Assembly: GCA_964016885.1 (NCBI GenBank)
Contig: CAXHJY010000184.1
Span: 620,001 to 684,000 of the forward strand
From: Eledone cirrhosa
Lineage: Eukaryota
Length of the DNA stretch: 64,000 nucleotides
Reading direction: 5' to 3'
Shown: positions 53,701 to 64,000 of the stretch, piece after piece
How the letters are laid out: each line of letters starts with the position of its first letter
How positions within the stretch are numbered: the first letter of the stretch is position 1
Program-made: the position numbers and the translations under genes
Notes under the pieces: model-generated
Seen by the model: only the letters and a program-made list of their open reading frames with translations
What the model was told of the DNA's origin: nothing
The model's database searches: none

Positions 53701-56700
53701 TGTCTATGAGGACAGTAACTCCTAAGACATGTTCTGAGATAGGACCTATACAACCTATATCACAGCTTACCTGCCTACGAGGACAGTAACTCCTAAGACA
53801 TGTTCTAGATATGTAACCTGTGATATAGGTTGTATAGGTCCTGTCTATGAGGACAGTAACTCCTAAGACATGTTCTAGATAGGACCTATACAACCTATAT
53901 CACAGGTCACCTGCCTACGAGGACAGTAACTCCTAAGACATGTTCTGAGATAGGACCTATACAACCTATATCACAGCTTACCTACCTATGATGACTAACT
54001 CCCAAGACATGTTCTAGACAGGACCTATACAACCTATATCACAGGTTACCTGTCTATGAGGACAGTAACTCTTAAGACATGTTCTAGATAGGACCTCTAC
54101 AACCTATATCACAGCTTACCTGCCTATGATGGCAGTAACTCCTAAGATATGTTCTAGATAGGACCTATACAATCTATATCACAGCTTACCTGCGTATGAT
54201 GGCAGTAACTCCTAAGACATGTTCTGAGATAGGACCTATACAACCTATATCACAGCTTACCTGCCTACGAGGACAGTAACTCCTAAGACATGTTCTGAGA
54301 TAGGACCTATACAACCTATATCACAGCTTACCTGTCTATGATGGCAGTAACTCCTAAGACATGTTCTGCGATAGGACCTATACAACCTATATCTCAGGTT
54401 ACCTGCCTATGATGGCAGTAACTCCTAAGACATGTTCTGAGATAGGACCTATACAACCTATATCTCAGGTTACCTGTCTACGAGGACAGTAACTCCTAAG
54501 ACATGTTCTGAGATAGGACGTATACAACTTATATCACAGCTTACCTGCCTATGATGGCAGTAACTCCTAAGACATGTTCTAGAAAGGACTTATACAACCT
54601 ATATCATAGCTTACCTGCCTATGATGACAGTAACTCCTAAGACATGTTCTCGATAGGACCTATACAACCTATATCACAGGTTACCTGCCTATGAGGACAG
54701 TAATTCCTAAGACATGTTCTGAGATAGGACCTATACAACCTATATCACAGGTTACCTGTCTATGAGGACAGTAACTCCTAAGACCTGTTCTGAGATAGGA
54801 CCTATACAACCTATATCACAGCTAACCTGTCTATGATGGCAGTAACTCCTAAGACATGTTCTGAGATAGGACCTACACAGCCTATATCACAGGTTACCTG
54901 TCTATGAGGACAGTAACTCCTAAGACATGTTCTAGTTAGGACGTATACAACCTATATCACAGGTTACCTGCCTATGATGACAACTCCTAAGACATGTTCT
55001 AGTTAGGACCTATACAACCTATATCACAGCTTACCTGCCTATGATGACAGTAACTCTTAAGATATGTTCTAGATAGGACCTATACAACCTATATCACAGG
55101 TTACCTGCCTACGAGGACAGTAACTCCTAAGACATGTTCTGAGAAAGGACCTATACAACCTATATCACAGCTTACCTACCTATGAGGACAGTAACTCCTA
55201 AGACATGTTCTGCGATAGGACCTATACAACCTATATCACAGCTTACCTACTTATGAGGACAGTAACTCGTAAGACATGTTCTGAGATAGGACCTATACAA
55301 CCCATATCACAGGTTACCTGTCTATGAGGACAGTAACTCCTAAGACATGTTCTGAGATAGGACCTATACAACCTATATCACAGCTTACCTGCCTACGAGA
55401 ACAGTAACTCCTGAGACATGTTCTAGATATGTAACCTGTGATATAGGTTGTATAGGTCCTGTCTATGAGGACAGTAACTCCTAAGACATGTTCTAGATAG
55501 GACCTATACAACCTATATCACAGGTCACCTGCCTACGAGGACAGTAACTCCTAAGACATGTTCTGAGATAGGACCTATACAACCTATATCACAGCTTACC
55601 TACCTATGATGACAGTAACTCCTAAGACATGTTCTAGACAGGACCTATACAACCTATATCACAGGTTACCTGTCTATGAGGACAGTAACTCCTAAGACAT
55701 GTTCTAGATAGGACCTATACAATCAATATCACAGGTTACCTGCCTATCAGGACAGTAACTCCTAAGACATGTTCTGAGATAGGACCTATACAACCTATAT
55801 CACAGCTTACCTGTCTATGATGGCAGTAACTCCTAAGACATGTTCTGCGATAGGACCTATACAACCTATATCTCAGGTTACCTGCCTATGATGGCCGTAA
55901 CTCCTAAGACATGTTCTAGACAGGACCTATACAACCTATATCACAGGTTACCTGCCTATGATGACAGTAACTCCTAAGACATGTTCTAGTTAGGACCTAT
56001 ACAACCTATATCACAGGTTACCTGTCTACGAGGACAGTAACTCCTAAGACATGTTCTAGATAGGACCTATACAACCTATACCACAGCTTACCTGCCTATG
56101 AGGACAGTAACTCCTAAGACTTGTTCTAGATAGGACCTATACAACCTATATCACAGCTTACCTGCCTATGAGGACAGTAACTCCTAAGACATGTTCTGAG
56201 ATAGGACCTATACAACAGGTTACCTGCCTATGAGGACAGTAACTCCTAAGACATGTTCTGAGAAAGGACCTATACAACCTATATCACAGCTTACCTACTT
56301 ATGAGGACAGTAACTCCTAAGACATGTTCTGCGATAGGACCTATACAACCTATATCACAGGTTACCTGCCTATGATGGCAGTAACTCCGAAGACATGTTC
56401 TGAGATAGAAAGTATACAGCCTATATCACAGGTTACCTGCCTATGATGGCAGTAACTCCTAAGACATGTTCTGAGATAGGACCTATACAACCTATATCTC
56501 AGGTCACCTGCCTACGAGGACAGTAACTCCTAAGACATGTTCTGAGATAGGACATATACAACCTATATCACAGCTTACCTGCCTATGATGACAGTAACTC
56601 CTAAGACATGTTCTAGATAGGACCTATACAACCTATATCACAGGTTACCTGCCTACGAGGACAGTAACTCCTAAGGCATGTTCTGAGATAGGACCTATAC

Positions 56701-59700
56701 TACCTATATCACAGGTTACCTGCCTATGAGGACAGCAACTCCTAAGACATGTTCTGAGATAGGATCTATACAACCTATATCACAGCTTAACTGCCTATGA
56801 TGGCAGTAACTCCTAAGACATGTTCTAGACAGGAACTATACAACCTATATCACAGCTTACCTGCCTATGATGACAGTAACTCCTAAGACATGTTCTAGAT
56901 AAGACCTATACAACCTATATCACAGCTTACCTGCCTACGAGGACAGTAACTCCTAAGACATGTTCTATATAGGACCTATACAACCTACATCACAGCTTAC
57001 CTGCGTATGACAGTAACTCCTAAGACATGTTCTGAGATAGGACATATACAACCTATATCACAGCTTACCTGCCTATGAGCACAGTAACTCCTAAGACATG
57101 TTCTAGATAGGACCTATACAACCTATATCACAGCTTACCTGCCTACGAGGACAGTAACTCCTAAGACATGTTCTAGATAGGATCTATACAACCTATATCA
57201 CAGCTTACCTGCCTATGAGGACAGTAACTCCTAAGACATATTCTGAGATAGGACCTATACAACAGGTTACCTGTCTATGAGGACAGTAACTCCTAAGACA
57301 GGTTCTAGATAGGATCTATACAACCTATATCACAGGTTACCTGCCTATGAGGACAGTAACTCCTAAGACATGTTCTGAGATAGGACCTATACAACAGGTT
57401 ACCTGTCTATGAGGACAGTAACTCCTAAGACAGGTTCTAGATAGGACATATACAATCTATATCACAGCCTACCTACCAAGGAGGACAGTAACTCCTAAGA
57501 CATGTTCTGCGATAGGACCTCTACAACCTATATCACAGCTTACCTGCCTACGAGGACAGTAACTCCTAAGACATGTTCTGAGAAAGGACCTATACAACCT
57601 ATATCACAGCTTACCTACCTATGAGGACAGTAACTCCCAAGACATGTTCTGCGATAGGACCTCTACAACCTATATCACAGGTTACCTGCCTATGATGGCA
57701 GTAACTCCTAAGACATGTTCTGCGATAGGATCTATACAGCCTATATCACAGGTTACCTGCCTACGAGGACAGTAACTCCTAAGACATGTTCTATATAGGA
57801 CCTATACAACCTATATCACAGCTTACCTGCCTATGCGGACAGTAACTCCTAAGACATGTTCTAGATATGTAACCTGTGATATAGGTTGTATAGGTCCTGT
57901 CTATGATGACAGTAACTCCTAAGACATGTTCTGCGATAGGACCTATACAACCTATATCACAGCTTACCTGCCTATGATGGCAGTAACTCCTAAGACATGT
58001 TCTGAGATAGGACCTATACAACCTATATCTCAGGTTACCTGTCTACGAGGACAGTAACTCCTAAGACATGTTCTAGACAGGACCTATACAACCTATATCA
58101 CAGGTTACCTGCCTACGAGGACAGTAACTCCTAAGACATGTTCTGAGATAGGACCTATACAACCCATATCACAGGTTAACTGTCTATGAGGACAGTAACT
58201 CCTAAGACATCTTCTGAGATAGGACCTATACAACCTATATCACAGCTTACCTGCCTATGATGGCAGTAACTCCTAAGACATGTTCTAGACAGGACCTATA
58301 CAACCTATATCACAGGTTACCTGCCTATGATGACTAACTCCTAAGACATGTACTAGTTAGGACCTATACAACCTATATCACAGGTTACCTGTCTACGAGG
58401 ACAGTAACTCCTAAGACGTTCTAGATAGGACCTATACAACCTATATCACAGCTTACCTGCCTATGAGGACAGTAACTCCTAAGACTTGTTCTAGATAGGC
58501 CCTATACAACCTATATCACAGCTTACCTGCCTATGAGGACAGTAACTCCTAAGACATGTTCTGAGATAGGACCTATACAACAGGTTACCTGCCTATGAGG
58601 ACAGTAACTCCTAAGACATGTTCTGCGATAGGACCTATACAACCTATATCACAGGTTACCTGCCTACGAGGACAGCAACTCCTAAGGCATGTTCTGAGAT
58701 AGGACCTATACTACCTATATGACAGGTTACCTGCCTATGAGGACAGTAACTCCTAAGACATGTTCTGAGATAGGACCTATACAACCTATATCACAGGTTA
58801 CCTGTCTATGAGGACAGTAACTACTAAGACATGTTCTAGATAGGACCTATACAACCTATATCACAGCTTACCTGCCTATGATGACAGTAACTCCTAAGAC
58901 ATGTTCTAGTTAGGACCTATACAACCTATATCACAGGTTACCTGTCTACGAGGACAGTAACTCCTAAGACATGTTCTAGATAGGACCTATACAACCTATA
59001 TCACAGGTTACCTGCCTACGAGGACAGTAACTCCTAAGAGATGTTCTGAGAAAAGACCTATACAACCTATATCACAGCTTACCTACCTATGAGGACAGTA
59101 ACTCCTAAGACATGTTCTGCGATAGGACCTATACAACCTATATCACAGCTTACCTACCTATGCGGACAGTAACTCCTAAGACATGTTCTGAGATAGGACC
59201 TATACAACCCATATCACAGGTTACCTGTCTATGAGGACAGTAACTCCTAAGACATGTTCTGAGATAGGACCTATACAACCTATATCACAGCTTACCTGCC
59301 TATGATGGCAGTAACTCCTAAGACATGTTCTAGACAGGACCTATACAACCTATATCACAGCTTACCTGCCTACGAGGACAGTAACTCCTAAGACATGTTC
59401 TAGATAGGACCTATACAACCTATATCACAGCTTACCTACCTATGAGGACAGTAACTCCTAAGACATGTTCTAGATAGGACCTATACAACCTATATCACAG
59501 TTTACCTACCTATGAGGACAGTAACTCCTAAGACATGTTCTAGATATGTAACCTGTGATATAGGTTGTATAGGTCCTGTCTATGATGACAGTAACTCCTA
59601 AGACATGTTCTGAGATAGGACCTATACAACCTATATCACAGCTTACCTGTCTATGATGGCAGTAAATCCTAAGACATGTTCTGCGATAGGACCTATACAA

Positions 59701-62700
59701 CCTATATCTCAGGTTACCTGCCTATGATGGCAGTAACTCCTAAGACACGTTCTAGACAGGACCTATACAACCTATATCACAGGTTACCTGCCTATGATGA
59801 CAGTAACTCCTAAGACATGTTCTAGTTAGGACCTATACAACCTATATCACAGGTTACCTGTCTACGAGGACAGTAACTCCTAAGACATGTTCTAGATAGG
59901 ACCTATACAACCTATATCACAGCTTACCTGCCTATGAGGACAGTAACTCCTAAGACTTGTTCTAGATAGGACCTATACAACCTATATCACAGCTTACCTG
60001 CCTATGAGGACAGTAACTCCTAAGACATGTTCTGAGATAGGACCTATACAACAGGTTACCTGCCTATGAGGACAGTAACTCCTAAGACATGTTCTGAGAA
60101 AGGACCTATACAACCTATATCACAGCTTACCTACTTATGAGGACAGTAACTCCTAAGACATGTTCTGAGATAGGACCTATACAACAGGTTACCTGCCTAT
60201 GAGGACAGTAACTCCTAAGACATGTTCTGAGATAGGACCTATACAACCCATATCACAGGTTACCTGTATATGAGGATAGTAACTCCTAAGACATGTTCTG
60301 AGATAGGACATATACAACCTATATCACAGCTTACCTGTCTATGAGCACAGTAACTCCTAAGACATGTTCTAGATAGGACCTATACAACCTATATCACAGC
60401 TTACCTGCCTACGAGGACAGTAACTCCTAAGACTTGTTCTAGATAGGACCTATACAACCTATATCACAGCTTACCTGCCTATGAGGACAGTAACTCCTAA
60501 GACATGTTCTGAGATAGGACCTATACAACAGGTTACCTGCCTATGAGGACAGTAACTCCTAAGACATGTTCTGAGAAAGGACCTACACAACCTATATCAC
60601 AGCTTACCTACTTATGAGGACAGTAACTCCTAAGACATGTTCTGCGATAGGACCTATAGAACCTATATCACAGGTTACCTGCCTATGATGGCAGTAACTC
60701 CTAAGACATGTTCTGAGATAGGACCTATACAACCTATATCTCAGGTCCCCTGCCTACGAGGACTAACACCTAAGACATGTTCTGAGATAGGACCTATTCA
60801 ACCTATATCACAGGTTACCTGCCTACGAGGACTAACTCCTAAGACATGTTCTATATAGGACCTATACAACCTACATCACGGCTTACCTGCCTACGAGGAC
60901 AGTAACTCCTAAGACATGTTCTGAGATAGGACCTATACGACTTATGTCACAGCTTGCCTGCCTATGATGGCAGTAACTCCTAAGACATGTTCTGAGATAG
61001 GACCTATACAACCTATATCTCAGGTCACCTGCCTACGATGACAGTAACTCCTAAGACATGTTCTGAGATAGGACATATACAACCTATATCACAGCTTACC
61101 TGCCTATGATGACAGTAACTCCTAAGACATGTTCTAGATAGGACCTATACAACCTATATCACAGCTTACCTGCCTATGAGGACAGTAACTCCTAAGACAT
61201 GTTCTAGACAGGAACTATACAACCTATATCACAGCTTACCTGCCTATGATGACAGTAACTCCTAAGACATGATCTAGATAAGACCTATACAACCTATATC
61301 ACAGCTTACCTGCCTACGAGGACAGTAACTCCTAAGACATGTTCTATATAGGACCTATACAACCTACATCACAGCTTACCTGCGTATGACAGTAACTCCT
61401 AAGACATGTTCTGAGATAGGACATATACAACCTATATCACAGCTTACCTGCCTATGAGGACAGTAACTCCTAAGACATGTTCTAGACAGGACCTATACAA
61501 CCTATATCACAGCTTACCTGCCTATGAGGACAGTAACTCCTAAGACATATTCTGAGATAGGACATATACAACAGGTTACCTGTCTATGAGGACAGTAACT
61601 CCTAAGACAGGTTCTAGATAGGATCTATACAACCTATATCACAGGTTACCTGCCTATGAGGACAGTAACTCCTAAGACATGTTCTGAGATAGGACCTATA
61701 CAACAGGTTACCTGTCTATGAGGACAGTAACTCCTAAGACAGGTTCTAGATAGGACATATACAATCTATATCACAGCTTACCTACCAAGGAGGACAATAA
61801 CTCCTAAGACATGTTCTGCGATAGGACCTCTACAACCTATATCACAGGTTACCTGCCTATGATGGCAGTAACTCCTAAGACATGTTCTGAGATAGGACCT
61901 ATACAACCTATATCTCTGGTCACCTGCCTACGAGGACAGTAACTCCGAAGACATGTTCTGAGAAAGGACCTATACAACCTATATCACAGCTTACCTACCT
62001 ATGAGGACAGTAACTCCCAAGACATGTTCTGCGATAGGACCTCTACAACCTATATCACAGGTTACCTGCCTATGATGGCAGTAACTCCTAAGACATGTTC
62101 TGCGATAGGATCTATACAGCCTATATCATAGGTTACCTGCCTACGAGGACAGTAACTCCTAAGACATGTTCTATATAGGACCTATACAACGTATATCACA
62201 GCTTACCTGCCTATGAGGACAGTAACTCCTAAGACATGTTCTAGATATGTAACCTGTGATATAGGCTGTATAGGTCCTGTCTATGATGACAGTAACTCGT
62301 AAGACATGTTCTGCGATAGGACCTATACAACCTATATCACAGCTTACCTGCCTATGATGGCAGTAACTCCTAAGACATGTTCTGAGATAGGACCTATACA
62401 ACCTATATCTCAGGTTACCTGTCTACGAGGACAGTAACTCCTAAGACATGTTCTAGACAGGACCTATACAACCTATATCACAGGTTACCTGCCTACGAGG
62501 ACAGTAACTCCTAAGACATGTTCTGAGATAGGACCTATACAACCCATATCACAGGTTACCTGTCTATGAGGACAGTAACTCCTAAGACATGTTCTGAGAT
62601 AGGACCTATACAACCTATATCTCAGGTTACCTGTCTACGAGGACAGTAACTCCTAAGACATGTTCTAGACAGGACCTATACAACCTATATCACAGTTTAC

Positions 62701-64000
62701 CTGCCTACGAGGACAGTAACTCCTAAGACATGTTCTGAGATAGGACCTATACAACCCATATCACAGGTTACCTGTCTATGAGGACAGTAACTCCTAAGAC
62801 ATGTTCTGAGATAGGACCTATACAACCTATATCACAGGTTACCTGTCTACGAGGACAGCAACTCCTAAGACATGTTCTGAGATAGGATCTATACAACCTA
62901 TATCACAGCTTAACTGCCTATGATGGCAGTAACTCCTAAGACATGTTCTAGATAGGACCTATACAACCTATATCACAGCTTACCTGCCTATGAGGACAGT
63001 AACTCCTAAGACATGTTCTAGACAGGAACTATACAACCTATATCACAGCTTACCTGCCTATGATGACAGTAACTCCTAAGACATGTTCTAGATAAGACCT
63101 ATACAACCTATATCACAGCTTACCTGCCTACGAGGACAGTAACTCCTAAGACATGTTCTATATAGGACCTATACAACCTACATCACAGCTTACCTGCGTA
63201 TGACAGTAACTCCTAAGACATGTTCTGAGATAGGACATATACAACCTATATCACAGCTTACCTGCCTATGAGCACAGTAACTCCTAAGACATGTTCTAGA
63301 TAGGACCTATACAACCTATATCACAGCTTACCTGCCTACGAGGACAGTAACTCCTAAGACATGTTCTAGATAGGATCTATACAACCTATATCACAGCTTA
63401 CCTGCCTATGAGGACAGTAACTCCTAAGACATGTTCTAGACAGGACCTATACAACCTATATCACAGGTTACCTGCCTATGAGGACAGTAACTCCTAAGAC
63501 ATATTCTGAGATAGGACCTATACAACAGGTTACCTGTCTATGAGGACAGTAACTCCTAAGACAGGTTCTAGATAGGATCTAAACAACCTATATCACAGGT
63601 TACCTGCCTATGAGGACAGTAACTCCTAAGACATGTTCTGAGATAGGACCTATACAACAGGTTACCTGTCTATGAGGACAGTAACTCCTAAGACAGGTTC
63701 TAGATAGGACATATACAATCTATATCACAGCCTACCTACCAAGGAGGACAGTAACTCCTAAGACATGTTCTGCGATAGGACCTCTACAACCTATATCACA
63801 GCTTACCTGCCTACGAGGACAGTAACTCCTAAGACATGTTCTGAGAAAGGACCTATACAACCTATATCACAGCTTACCTACCTATGAGGACAGTAACTCC
63901 CAAGACATGTTCTGCGATAGGACCTCTACAATCTATATCACAGGTTACCTGCCTATGATGGCAGTAACTCCTAAGACATGTTCTGCGATAGGATCTATAC
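50795..64000. repeat. 70/71-bp tandem satellite, roughly 185-190 copies, runs off the window
   Basis: Unit GGACCTATACAACCTATATCACAG(C/G)TTACCTG(C/T)CTATGAGGACAGTAACTCCTAAGACATGTTCT(G)AGATA. Confidence 0.98.

Noticed and set aside
50795-64000. CRISPR array or repeat-protein ORFs in the 70-bp satellite
   Set aside because: No unique spacers; 70/71-bp units break frame and the ORFs are incidental

Overview
AT-rich animal genomic DNA, most likely an octopus (inferred from the HCDICGKSF-type C2H2 array and the SINE/RTE-LINE landscape). A ~42 kb repeat-dense gene island lies between two satellites: an ~863-bp alternating A/B higher-order array (1-~8.7 kb) and a 70/71-bp array (~50.8 kb to the end). 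The island holds a 10-finger C2H2 zinc-finger gene on + and, converging on it, six phase-consistent coding exons of an ABHD2-like lipase on - that the ORF track shows only in fragments. The 5' ABHD2 exons were not found in the window. The rest is RTE and CR1 LINEs, two SINE families, piggyBac/mariner/other MITEs and Penelope-like remnants. Most notable: (i) several unrelated minimal hammerhead-ribozyme-like motifs, some in mirror pairs; (ii) fixed micro-inverted monomers in the 70-bp satellite, flipped between an 8-bp internal inverted repeat; (iii) a 46-bp minisatellite derived from the LINE/SINE 3' tail that fills almost a whole ABHD2 intron; (iv) a 32-bp direct repeat bracketing a 4.6-kb composite insert. 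All coordinates were read by eye, and repeat boundaries are approximate.
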